A stretch of DNA of 32,000 nucleotides from Mycobacterium leprae TN (GTDB taxonomy: Bacteria; Actinomycetota; Actinomycetes; Mycobacteriales; Mycobacteriaceae). A program made the translations under genes and the position numbers. The notes under the pieces are model-generated. The model was given only the letters and a program-made list of their open reading frames with translations. It was not told the DNA's origin and did no database searches. Location: contig NC_002677.1 in the NCBI RefSeq assembly GCF_000195855.1, positions 420,001 to 452,000 of the forward strand, given 5' to 3'. The stretch's first letter is position 1. Each line of letters begins with the position of its first letter. Of this stretch, positions 21,754 through 32,000 are shown piece after piece.

Positions 21754-24080
21754 TTACAAGTCAAGGACTTTCGGAGTCATTACCACGATGATGGGTGGGG
21801 GAGTGCAACGCAAGAGCATTGAGCACTTCCGTACACGAAATTCGGGATGAGATTGCTGATCCAACCGACGAGGTTCCAAGCTAGCGGATCGGTCACCCCG
21901 GGCAAACTCATCGGCCCGATGGTACCGATTAGCGCGAAGAGTATGGTGGTCAATGTGGCGACGAGTAGCCCAGATCGCTAGACTAGACTGTATGCTAGCA
22001 AGATAATTTAGTCTTATACCGATGTTGACGATGTATCCGGTGAGCGTGATGCTATCGATAAACGGTGCTGGCGACGTCGCGAACTCTAGTTAGTGGGGAG
22101 CCCTAGCCCGGGACGGTTACTTGCGTAATCGGTTGTTGGCCAACAGTTTCCAGATAGGCGATAACATTGAGGGTACTGGTGTCCGCAGTATCGATTAGCA
22201 ATCCCGGCCAGAATCCGGGCTATTTGTCTTGTTTCTTATCGAGAATGTGTCTTTGAGTGTTATGTTTCCTCCGCGATGATGAGGGTATGTCTAATGTGTC
22301 CGCCTTTGACCACTTCAGTCATTAGCTGCTGTATGTCGATACAGCTCCGCCGTGCCACGCTGTTGTCGGCAAGGATCTTTGGTGCTACGTCGCGCAACGA
22401 TTATCCGTGTGATAGACACGGTAGATCATCTCTAGCAGGAACCCGTCCCGGGGATCTTTGTGCCGCAACTGAAGTCCTGCTTGGGTGAGAATGCTGGTGT
22501 AGTTGGTGACCGTTCCGGGCGTAAACCAATGCAAGCAACACAGTCGGTAAGTGAGGTCAGCTCGACCGGTAGGCTGTCCTCTGTTATGGTGATGCCTGCT
22601 GGGCCGTCAGGACGACGGATCCGGGCGAATTTCCGTGAGGTGACGTTCTTCGTTCGGGGAAGGTACACGGCGCGTATTCGCACACTAGTGCGTCGACTCT
22701 GTTGCCTGGCAATAGAAATTCTTTGGCAATCGCCGTGATTGAAGCACACTCGCACATCCTACCTGGCCGCCGCAGCGGCGGCTTGTGCGTTGTTGACGTT
22801 GACTTTGCCGAGATCGACGCCGTCGACAATGACATCGTATTCGCTTGTGAGTAGCCAGTTCGTTGCTCTAAGACCGGAGGAGATACAGGCTAACAGCTAG
22901 CCGGCTCGCAATCCAAGCTGATCGGCCAGCCTGCGCGTCAGCGTAGCACTGTCGGGGTGATAGGAGTTACTCAACAGCAAGGCGCTAATGTCGGGGGGGG
23001 GGTACGCTTCGATGCAACCGGTCTTGATCCAAAGTGACGGCATGATCATCGGCACATTGCAGGGCATCCGGTATAGGTAGTGTTCCGCAAAACGCATTGT
23101 CCCTCAATGCTGGCGTAGGTACAATTTCGTTGTCGCGGATGTTGACTTGTGTGTCTACCACCACCTTGCAGGCCGGGAAGACACTCTATGGTGTATTCAA
23201 TGAATACCTTGTCACGATATCGTTTCGTCGCCGTTACTGATGCCACGCTTCCGTCGGCGCCGTGCCATTGGGCTAGCTCAGCACGGAGTATGCCGTGCTG
23301 ACGTGGATGTTGCCACCGCTGCTCATCGCCGACACCGGGTTGGTCCGGAAGGCTTTCGGTTCACCCTAGAGTGGGTCAGCAACGACGTCGCGGCCAACCA
23401 ACTTGTAATGCATCAGAGGAGCGTATGCGGAGCCGAATGAGATGTCTGTGTGCGGGCATAGGGGCTGTCATCATCGAGCATGCCTAATGATGCGCGCGAT
23501 AGCGTGTTCGTTGAGTTCTCGAACAGTTAGGGTTGTTTGGGCGATCACTGTAAGCATTGGCCGGATCGGCAGGTTGTCGGTTTGTGTCACTCCTGTGACC
23601 TCGGTATCGACTTTATAGACGTAATCGTTGTTTAGCCGGGCATCAAGCAGTCGAAAGGGCTATGCCGGTTGGTGGCAATAGCGTCGAAGATAGCGTACGC
23701 AGGTGGATTTCGGGATCTTCGGTGATTCGGCCATCGTGGTTACAATGCACTCGTAGCCGCTCAATGGCAGAGAGCGAGTGCTTGACCAGAAGCGATGCTA
23801 GTGATAGGGGACCGGTCGTTGGTGTCTTAACGTCGACGTTCCATCGCGCTATCTTAGCTGCTGTGTCCGACTTAAACGTCGGCCTGTGCGTTTTGACCAG
23901 TAAAGAGATGAAGCCATAGCCTGGAACCAGTTATTATGCAATGATAGTGACGAATTGATCGAAGCTGAGTTGCTCAGATCGATGTCTCGTGAGCGCCTAC
24001 TTCGGGGAAGCCCCGGACCCCGGGGTGAGATAGGCCTCTGCTGTGAGACCAGAGTAGAGTTCACGTTTGGTGAATAGGGT

Positions 24081-24787
24081 TTAGCAGTTTTGGAATGTGG
24101 CCTTGTGGTTCTCAGTGAACGCCTTCGCGTTTTACTTAGCGTTTTTGGACAGGAACACCTCGATATCGATTTGGGTGTCAATTTTGAATGCCTGGTTTCC
24201 GCTTGAGTTCCTGGCTTTCGGTCATTCCCTTTGGTCTTGCGGATCGACTATAGAATCGCCTGCACAGCCGCGACCCGTTATTCGAGATTATCTCCGCGAT
24301 TTTGAGAGCCTTGGATAGTGCTTGCCCCTCGGGGAGGACATAGCGGATCAGCGCTATGTCCTTGGCCCTCGGTGGCGGCGATGCGCTGTCCAGTTAGCTG
24401 CAGGTAACAAGACACGGTGTAGGGGATCTGTCAGACCAAACGTACGGTCGGGCTGTCCATGAAATAGAGGCTCCATTTGGCTTCGGAGATGATGAACTTG
24501 GCGCTTTTTCCGGCGATCCGGATATTGGTTCCTTGCAGGATCTCGGTATCACCGGTGATGGCTGTATCTTCGACATCGGCAATCAGCGGTTTGGTTTAGT
24601 CAGACGCCGGCACCGGTCAGGATTTGGCACCGGACGTCGGGATAGTTGTCGACGCGGTCCCATAACTCGACCATAATTTTTATTATTTTGCTGTTCAGCA
24701 CTTTGTGCGCGGCCGGTCTGTTCATTGTCACAATGAGGGGTGTATCTGTGCAGTTACACCAGCGCGTCCTGTACGAAATCGTTTGCT
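24081..24787 (-). pseudogene. echA19: Enoyl-CoA hydratase/isomerase-family remnant (EchA19-like), internally deleted
   Basis: [44 protein letters not shown], then [57 protein letters not shown], then a degraded C-terminus. Stops and frameshifts. Confidence 0.88.
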
Positions 24788-24828
24788 GGAGCCTCGGCCA
24801 CGGCTACCGTCTCTCGCTTTCCAATAAA

Positions 24829-24842
24829 TGTAATAAGTTCTA
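24829..24842. promoter_or_regulatory. Degenerate KstR-like operator (tgtaataagttcta)
   Basis: One substitution (C to T) from TNNAACNNGTTNNA, between divergent echA19 and fadD19 pseudogenes. Confidence 0.5.
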
Positions 24843-24846
24843 GTTC

Positions 24847-25755
24847 ATGGATTCATGGCAGCCTGTCGATCCTCGACGCGCACGCCATCGACACTATGCC
24901 TTACTGTGCTGCCCTCATCTGTGGCGACGAGCAGCTGACCTATACCCAACTAGAAGAGAAGGCCAACCGCTTCGGACACTACCTTATAGGTCAGGGTGTG
25001 AATAAGGACGACAAAAAAGTAGTCCTCTACTGTCGCAGCAGCATCGAGATTGTCATAGCGATGTTCGGCATCGTGAAGGGGGAACATTCTAGTCAACGTT
25101 AAAGTCCGCTACGTCGAGGGTAAACTTCGATATCTCTTCAACAACTTTAGACATGGTTGCGCTGGTGCACGAGCGCTAGTACATACGGCCCGGCCACCAA
25201 AGTGCTGCCGGACACCCCAAACATCGAGACCGTGGTCCTCGACGAGGACGGTATCGAGGTCAAGCCTGGCTCGGGCGTGCGCGGACTTCATTGCCAAGAA
25301 GGGCAACATCCCTGTTGGCTATTGCAAAGACGAGTAGAAGACCGTCGAGATGTTTAAGACTATCAGTGGTGTTAAGCTAATTCATTATGGGCAACTGAGG
25401 CAGTGGTCGAGGCTGACGGGGTCGGTCACCATGCTGTGCCGTGGTTTGGTGTCGATCAATAGCAGTGGCGAGAAGATCTACCCCGAAGAGTTTTAAGCGG
25501 GGTTCAAGAGCCACCCCAACTTCTGCGACGCATTGGTGGTTGGTGTAATCGATCCTCGGTAAAGGCCAGCATGTGTCTACTGTCCGTGCAGGTCCGGACG
25601 GGGCCGTGGTTGGTGCTGGCCGAACTGGACAGTTTTCTACGCTCTGAGATAGAGGGACACAAAGCGCCTCAGAGTTTTTGGTTGGTAGGTGAGGTAAAAT
25701 ATTTACCGAACGGTAAACTCTATTACTGCTGGGCCATGTAACAGACTGAGTAGCA
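24847..25755 (+). pseudogene. fadD19: Acyl-CoA synthetase remnant (FadD19-like), large internal deletion
   Basis: YCAALICGDEQLTYTQLEEKANRFGHYLIGQGVNKDDKKVVLYCRSSIEIVIAMFGIVKGE; TTYGPATKVLPDTPNIETVVLDEDGIEVKPGSG; KKGNIPVGY; GLVSINSSGEKIYPEEF; SHPNFCDALVVGVIDPR; LAELDSFLRSE. Confidence 0.88.
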
Positions 25756-26607
25756 CCCTGCCGATGATGTGCATTCAGGCCAGGTGACCACCGGAGCATG
25801 GTGTGCATGTAGCAGCGTGACTGTGTTCGTCAAGCACTAGTCGGGCTGCCCACCGGCTTCTTCGCCTGGGAATCTGGTTTGCTGTGTTGGCTTTCCAGTG
25901 TTGACGGCGGTATATTTTGTGTTTAGGTAGTATCTATCGACGCCGCCAGTCCGACCCGGCTGAGGCTTGATTCGGTGACTCCGAGCCCCGAAAGTGGCAT
26001 ACGCGTTCAGTAGCCGATTGGCTGTCACAACACGATGTGGGTGCCGCGGTGTGTTGGCACTGGATCCGACGTATGGAACGGGCCCGGTTTCTTAGGACCG
26101 CTGTTACAGCCATTGCCGATGTCGTTGCGGCAGTCACTCGCGGTGGGGCAATTTCTGTGCTTACGAACGGATGGCCCTGATGGCCCAGCTTGTTGCGCCA
26201 TGCCTGGAGGTTACGATCCGTGCCATCATTGACTCCGTCGTAGTACGTTGCTGGGCAGGTGACTTCGACGACTATGGTTATCTGTTCTGGTTTTACACGG
26301 CGATTTGTGGAGCGGCAATGTGATGTGGGCACTGCACGAGTAGTGCTGATCTAGCCGGCTGTGCACGCTGGTCACCGTGAGATCGACTTAGTGATGCTCG
26401 CTTTGTTTGGTCTTGCATTACGATGCAGTCTTCGCCAGCTATTAGCTGGTTCAAGCGCTGAAAGCCTCCTAGCACAACCGTATCTGGTTGCATCGACTCT
26501 TTCCGCTGCTAGCGCATGTCGTGTTGTTCGGTGGCTGGTACGCAGGGCAGACACATGCCGCCGCTCGCGCCACGCTGGCCGGATAAACGTGTCTAGAGTT
26601 GAAGCTC

Positions 26608-27417
26608 TATGACGATCGACGTGTGTATGTGGCACCTACTGCGCGATTCCTGCGCAGCGACATGCTAGCCTCACTGCCGGTGCTGGCCTGGGAGAATTCC
26701 AGCCACCGACGTCGTGATCGAGGCGACCATCTTGTCCATGTACGTCACCGACGTCGACCTCGGTCTGCTGAGTGCGTGGCGCGGCCCGGGCGGCTAAGAT
26801 CTGATCTGCAATGATTGATCGTTGCCGATTGTACTCGAACCGGTTTTTTGGCCTGGCCAAGGTTGGCCCGATGGAATTGGTCCGCGAGTTGCGGCGGCGA
26901 GTGCGTGGTGGCGGGCTTGTAGGACTGCGGGTGCTGCTTTGGTTGTGGAATGCGCCGCCCATCGACCTCCGCTACATATACTGATTTACCGAATGTCTCC
27001 AAGCCGCTGTGCCGATTTGTACCCTGGTTGGTTAAACTGGGCCGGTGGGGGCGTCGGAGACCGTGTTCCCGATTCTCTACATCGACCAGATGGCCCTAGA
27101 CTTTCCGGAGTTGGTGATTGTGTGCGGCCACGTCGAGTATCCGTGGATTGAGGAGATGGTGGCTGTCGCCTGTAAGTACGAGAACGTCTACATCGACGCC
27201 TCGGCCTATGTAATCAAACGGCTTCCGCAAAAAACTCATCCGCTTTATGAAAACCATTACCGGACAAAGCAAAGTCTTGTGCGGTACCAATTACCCAATG
27301 ATGACTCACATGCATGCTCTAGCGGGGTTGGACAAACTCGGGCGCAGTGATCAGGCTCGCCGAGACTTCCTGCACGGCAACGCGGGACATGTTTTTGGAT
27401 TGGAGGAAAACAGGTGA
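26608..27417 (+). pseudogene. Amidohydrolase-family remnant (Rv3510c-like)
   Basis: MTIDVCMWHLLRDS; VIEATILSMYVTDVDLGLLSAWRGP; LDFPELVIVCGHVEYPWIEEMVAVACKYENVYIDASAYVIKRLP; VLCGTNYPM; HALAGLDKLGRSDQARRDFLHGNAGHVF. Metal-dependent hydrolase motifs in broken frames. Confidence 0.8.
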
Positions 27418-28961
27418 ACGGTGCTCAGGCCATGATCAGTACCCTGGTCGACGGTGGTGTCGATGTGTGCTTCGCCAATCCCGGCACCTCGGAGATGCAC
27501 TTCGTGGCCGCACTGGACACCGTTGCCGGAATGCGTGGCGTGCTAACCCTTTTCGAAGGTGTGGCCACTGGTGCGGCCGACGGCTACGCTCGTATAGCTG
27601 GCCGGCCGGCAGTGGTGCTGCTGCACCTGGGTCCCGGATTAGGGAACGGCCTGGCTAACCTGCACAACGCGCGCCGCGCACGGGTGCCCATGGTGGTGGT
27701 CGTCGGCGACCATGCCACCTATCACAAGAAGTATGATGCCCCACTGGAATCCGACATCGACGCTCTGGCAGGAACCGTTTCAGGATGGCTGCACCGGACA
27801 ATGGACACCGCCGACGTTGGGGTCGACGCAGCGGAGGCGATCTCTGCCAGCCTGGTGGGCTCGCAGATCTCGACGCTGATCCTGCCCGCGGACGTATCCT
27901 GGTCTGACGGCGCCATTCCCGCCGCGTCGGTGTCAGACCAGCCAGCCAGTGCCGGTGTCGACGTGGGGGCGGTTCGCACGGCCCTGGAATCGGGAGAACC
28001 CACGGTGATTTTGATCGGTGCAGACGCCACCGGCTGGTCGGGGTTGGCAGCGGTCGCGCGGATCGGTGCGGCGACCGGCGCCCGCTGGTTCTGCGAGACG
28101 TTCCCGGCCCGATTGGAGCGGGGCGCTGGTGTCCCTGCTGTCGAACGACTCGCCTACTTTGCCGAGGTCGCCGCGGCTCAGCTGGACGGTGCCAAGCATC
28201 TAGTGCTGGCCGGTGCCCAGTCGCCGGTGTCGTTCTTTGCCTACCCTGGCATGCCTAGTGACTTGGTACCAGCCGGCTGTGAGGTGCACGTGCTTGCCGA
28301 GCACGGCGGTGCCGCTTACGCGCTAAACGCATTGGCTGACGAGGTGGCATCCGGGACCGCTGCGCCGGTGGTGGCCGCATCGCGCCCGCAGCTGCCGTCA
28401 GGTCCGCTGACCTCTGGGGCGGCGGCTAACGTGATTGGCGCGCTGCTGCCCGAACGGGCGATTGTCGTCGACGAATCGAATACCTCAGGGGTGCTGCTAG
28501 CCGCGGCTACCGCTGGAGCACCGGCCCATGATTGGCTGACTCTGACCGGCGGGGCGATCGGTCACGGCATCCCGGCCTCGGTGGGTGCCGCGGTGGCCGC
28601 CCCCGACCGCCCTGTGCTGTGCCTGGAATCCGACGGGTCGGCGATGTACACGATTTCGGGGTTGTGGACTCAAGCACGGGAAAACCTCGACGTAACCACA
28701 ATAATCTACAACAACGGTGCTTACAACATTCTGCGGATTGAGTTGCAACGGATGGGTGCCGGGTCGACGCCTGGCCCCAAAGCGCTGAGTCTGCTCGATT
28801 TATCTAGCCCTACAATGGATTTCGTTAAGATCGCGGAGGGTATGGGAGTTTCTGCTCGTCGTGTCAATACCACAGAGGGGTTGGCCGATGCCCTGCGCCT
28901 GGCCTTCACTGAACCCGGACCGCACCTGATCGACACGGTAGTGCCATCAATCGTGGGGTGA
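27414..28961 (+). CDS. ilvX: Acetohydroxyacid synthase-like ThDP-dependent enzyme IlvX
   Basis: Intact 515 aa ORF: MNGAQAMISTLVDGGVDVCFANPGTSEMHFVAALD...GVLTLFEGVATGAADGYARIAG...LCLESDGSAMYTISGLWTQARENLDVTTIIYNNGAYNILRIEL. GTG start with ggagg 7 nt upstream. Confidence 0.94.
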   Translation: MNGAQAMISTLVDGGVDVCFANPGTSEMHFVAALDTVAGMRGVLTLFEGVATGAADGYARIAGRPAVVLLHLGPGLGNGLANLHNARRARVPMVVVVGDHATYHKKYDAPLESDIDALAGTVSGWLHRTMDTADVGVDAAEAISASLVGSQISTLILPADVSWSDGAIPAASVSDQPASAGVDVGAVRTALESGEPTVILIGADATGWSGLAAVARIGAATGARWFCETFPARLERGAGVPAVERLAYFAEVAAAQLDGAKHLVLAGAQSPVSFFAYPGMPSDLVPAGCEVHVLAEHGGAAYALNALADEVASGTAAPVVAASRPQLPSGPLTSGAAANVIGALLPERAIVVDESNTSGVLLAAATAGAPAHDWLTLTGGAIGHGIPASVGAAVAAPDRPVLCLESDGSAMYTISGLWTQARENLDVTTIIYNNGAYNILRIELQRMGAGSTPGPKALSLLDLSSPTMDFVKIAEGMGVSARRVNTTEGLADALRLAFTEPGPHLIDTVVPSIVG

Positions 28962-28974
28962 CGCCCCCGACTCG

Positions 28975-30160
28975 GTTGACCGGTGAAATCGGCCACACCG
29001 AACCAGCACAGTCAAATGCCGTCGGCCGACAATTGCCGTTTAAGCACCTTGAAGGTAACGGTGGGTGGCGAGGCGTCGACTCGGACATACGCTGGTTACT
29101 TGCTTAGGTCCTAGGTCCGGCTGTTTGGCCAGGAAGGTGCGGAATTGCTCGGTATCGAACGTCGGGCCCGGTGCCATCACCAACATTTATTTTGCATCGG
29201 GGTATCGCAGCAATGTTCGCTAGATCGGTGCGGCGCCGGTTTTCATTGTCGAAACGCATCCAATCGCCAAATTTTCCAGCGAAGTACGCATAGCCAGCGT
29301 AATCGAGGCAAGCGAGGTAGCCACTCCAGCTTCGGTCGACCCGAACCTGCTCTGGACATTACAACCGAACTGGCGGAAGAAGCATTCGATATTGCTAATT
29401 ATACTTTGCAGTGCAATACGCTGCCTGCAGCGGGTTGTCGGCATCATCGGGCTGTTCGAGTGTTGCAAGCACATACGCCAAGGCTTGCTCAAGGATATCC
29501 ACCAAAAAGTTCGACGCAAAGAACTGGCTCCGCAACTCAATTGAGTACTAGCATGCTGCAGCTGCTGCTCAGCCAACCAGCACCGCGTTGGAGTTAAACA
29601 ACGGCATAGATGCCTATTAGACGCTGTCACGGCACAGATTGCGGTGCTACATCATAGCCGCTCTGGCAACTGCGACCCTGCTGTGGCTGCATTTCACCGC
29701 CTTTGGCTTGCCACCGGTGTTCGAAGTGAAGATCAGCATCCACCGATCTGAAAGAGCCGTTGATCGGAAGCTCGGTGCGTCATTCTGATGTGCGGCCACT
29801 TCGTAGCCCATGCAGTGAAATCGATGTTCAGATGTTCGATATCATCCAACATCGCAGCTGGTTTCTATTCACTCAGCACGAGCTGGCAGGTCGGTCTGGC
29901 ATATGTAGCTGGTCAGATCCGCGCCGCGGCGTACAGGGCTGAGGCCTACTGGAACAATCCCCTACACTTACGCCGCCGCCAGCACCGCAGAAAAGAACGG
30001 CGTATTTTTCAGCAACACGCCGACATGTGGCGGCTGCTGCGGATCGTAGGCGTTCACGCAGCGTCATCGCGATCGGCCGCACACTTGCCGGACGTGGTCA
30101 CGCCAGCTAGTGAATGAATCCTCGAAGTAGAAACTCCGGTAATCGATCTTGGTCAGCGGC
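28975..30160 (-). pseudogene. fadD17: Acyl-CoA synthetase remnant (FadD17-like)
   Basis: TVTELMVPLTKIDYRSFYFEDSFTSWRDHVR; PPHVGVLLKNTPFFSAVL; AACQGSMALRRKFSASQFLVDI; YVLATLEQPDDADNPLQAAY; DYAGYAYFAGKFGDWMRFDNEN; TFKVLKRQLSADGI. All on the minus strand across several frames. Confidence 0.85.
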
Positions 30161-30199
30161 ACCATCAGTTCTGTGACCGTGGGTACATGTAAAACATCG

Positions 30200-31290
30200 G
30201 GCCGAGCTAGGCAGGGGTTTCTGCCAGTTCACGGTCGATCTGGCGTAGCTGCTGGGTGGCACCGCCTAGCGCTCACTCCGTCTCCTTGGCAGCCAGGAAG
30301 TAACAGTGCACGGGATGATCGGTGTCGATGCCGACGTCGCCGTGTACGTGCACGATGGTGTGTGCCACCCGGTGTCCAGCTTCAATGGCCCAGAATGGGG
30401 TCATTAGCAACCTCGATGTCAGCGTAGGCGGGTCCTCCTATACTCACCACGTAGCCTGGGTAAGCGTCAGCCGCAACCCCTTGTACATGGATGTAGCTGC
30501 AGGCTAGTACGTGCGCCACATCCTGGAAGCTGCCGACCGAGACAGTCGAAATGCTCGCGGGCGTGCATATAATTCGGCAGTCAGCTGCAGGCCTCGCTGC
30601 TAGGACGCTGAGTTGAAACGTGTTAAGGACCAAGGTGGACTGGGTGGTGATCCAGATTACAGCCTCACTCTCGCCAACTACCCTGGCAGTGTCGATCGCT
30701 AAATTTTCTAGCTCTAAGTGTTCGACGCAGCCCAAGCTGCTGGTTTGCAGCGCGGTCACCGAGCCCTGTGGTCATTGGCGTAAACCAGGAACGCGCCGGC
30801 CAGCGGAGCGTAGCCGACCTGGGTGTGGGTACACCGGTGAGGCGGTAGCCGTCGCAGGAGCGGTCAGAATGCACTGTCACCGCACCTATCTCACTATCGA
30901 GGGCGATGGTGAGAATCTTTGCGTCGCTGACCTCCGGTCGAGCCCTACTCCTGCTGCAGGTCCGCGAAGCTAAAACCGGGCTAGTGAAGCGGCTCCAAGC
31001 ACCACCGACTCCATATACGGCACGGTGGCTAGTCGCTGGTCTCGCACAACCAACACGGCTGTCTGCTCGAGAACTCCGAGTCCACTGCCAACCAGAGGAT
31101 TTCGCTACAATGGCGGACAGGATGTCGTAATTGATGAATTTGCGGCACAGCTTTTTATCGACCCGTTGGTCGAGCCCGTCTGGCTCACGTTGATGTTCCG
31201 GTGTGTATACCGTGTCCACGATGGTGTCAACCAAGCCAGCGAGGTCAGCCGCCGCTTTGGTTATGGTTAAATTTGAATGTCTTTCTGTTC
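30200..31290 (-). pseudogene. fadE27: Acyl-CoA dehydrogenase remnant (FadE27-like)
   Basis: LAGLVDTIVDTVYTPEHQREPDGLDQRVDKKLCRKFINYDILSA; VSDAKILTIALDSEIGAVTV; GHRVAHTIVHVHGDVGIDTDHPVHCYFLAAKETE. Frames broken. Confidence 0.83.
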
Positions 31291-31299
31291 GAAGGTCCG

Positions 31300-32000
31300 T
31301 GGTTGGCTCGGAGTAGTCCCAGTGAGATCATCCCAATGATGTCGCGTTGGACTTCGTTGGTGCTGCCACCGAAGGTTAGGGCCAGGCATGCCCGGTGCAT
31401 CCGCTCGTCATGACTGTGTAACAACACACCTGGTGAGTTCTGTCGCAGGGTAGCCTGATACCTAGAATCTCCATCAGCAACTGGTAAACTTCAGTGACTA
31501 GCTCAGTCCCAGTTGCTTAGTCTTAGCACTTCGACTTGGGTGTGCACTTGACCCAGATTAAGCTATAACAACTCGGAGTTCATGAGCCGCGTTCCGCTTG
31601 CATCCTTGGTATTCTGCGCCTATGTGCGAACTTGTCGCAGGTACATCATGATCGGTGCTGGAGACACCAATGCCACTCGCTCATGGTTGAGCTGGTTGGT
31701 TACCAATCTCCATCCATTGTTCTCCGCGCCGACCCGGTTAGTCACCGGCACCCGCAGGTCGGAGTAGTAGGTGGCATTGGTATCTGTATCGGCCTTGGTG
31801 TGCACCGGTTTCCATGAGAATCTTTCGGTGGTGGTACGACACAATCAACACCGAGCTGCCGCGGTGCTTTTTTGGCTCTAGAAGCCTCCGGGGTGGTGCA
31901 CACCGCTAGCCAGACATCGTCGGCGTACTGGATCAAGCTGGTTCACATTTTCTGGCCGTTGATTACGTAGTCGTCGCCGTCGCGCACCATAGTGGTGCAC
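31300..32000 (-). pseudogene. fadE26: Acyl-CoA dehydrogenase remnant (FadE26-like), continues beyond window
   Basis: SLIQYADDVWLAVCT; DTNATYYSDLRVPVTNRVGAENNGWRLVTNQLNHERVALVSPAPI; MHRACLALTFGGSTNEVQRDIIGMISLGLLRANH. Internal stops and frameshifts. Confidence 0.85.

Noticed and set aside
25702-25717. tttaccgaacggtaaa inverted repeat as a possible operator
   Set aside because: Lies within the C-terminal part of the fadD19 pseudogene (encodes the YLPNGKL-like motif) and has only 7-bp arms; coding constraint explains it.
27722-28996. Minus-strand ORFs opposite ilvX
   Set aside because: Shadow ORFs; the minus-strand coding signal for fadD17 begins only beyond the ilvX stop.
30665-31234. 189-aa minus ORF as a possible novel intact protein
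   Set aside because: Its N-terminus matches FadE27, then it runs through shifted frames. It is a pseudogene fragment, not a new gene.

Overview
GC-moderate, high-decay actinobacterial sequence. From gene content, order and protein similarity it looks like a Mycobacterium leprae / M. lepromatosis-type genome (inference). Only six CDSs look intact: a LamB/YcsF (PxpA) protein (3178-3936 -), a three-gene metal-type ABC importer (4867-7471 -), an Rv3520c-like F420-dependent oxidoreductase (18283-19314 +) and ilvX (27414-28961 +). Almost everything else is pseudogene debris, and most of it can be assigned by recalled similarity to the M. tuberculosis cholesterol/steroid-catabolism (KstR) region: kstR, fadE34, Rv3572, kshB, hsaA, hsaD, an ltp-type thiolase, an Rv3521-like DUF35 protein, echA19, fadD19, an Rv3510c-like amidohydrolase, fadD17, fadE27 and fadE26, plus an arsB-like permease. 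The most interesting items are: (a) fossil KstR operators in four gene-start intergenic regions, each one substitution away from the TNNAACNNGTTNNA core; (b) a perfect 28-bp-arm hairpin inside the ltp pseudogene, where one arm encodes the ancestral protein and the other looks like an inverted template-switch copy; (c) other long hairpins in non-coding DNA; (d) a synteny junction between the hsaD and ltp debris; (e) solitary intact genes surviving inside the graveyard. I found no convincing new defence, mobile or RNA system. No database search was run; all homology calls come from recognising protein motifs in the supplied sequence.
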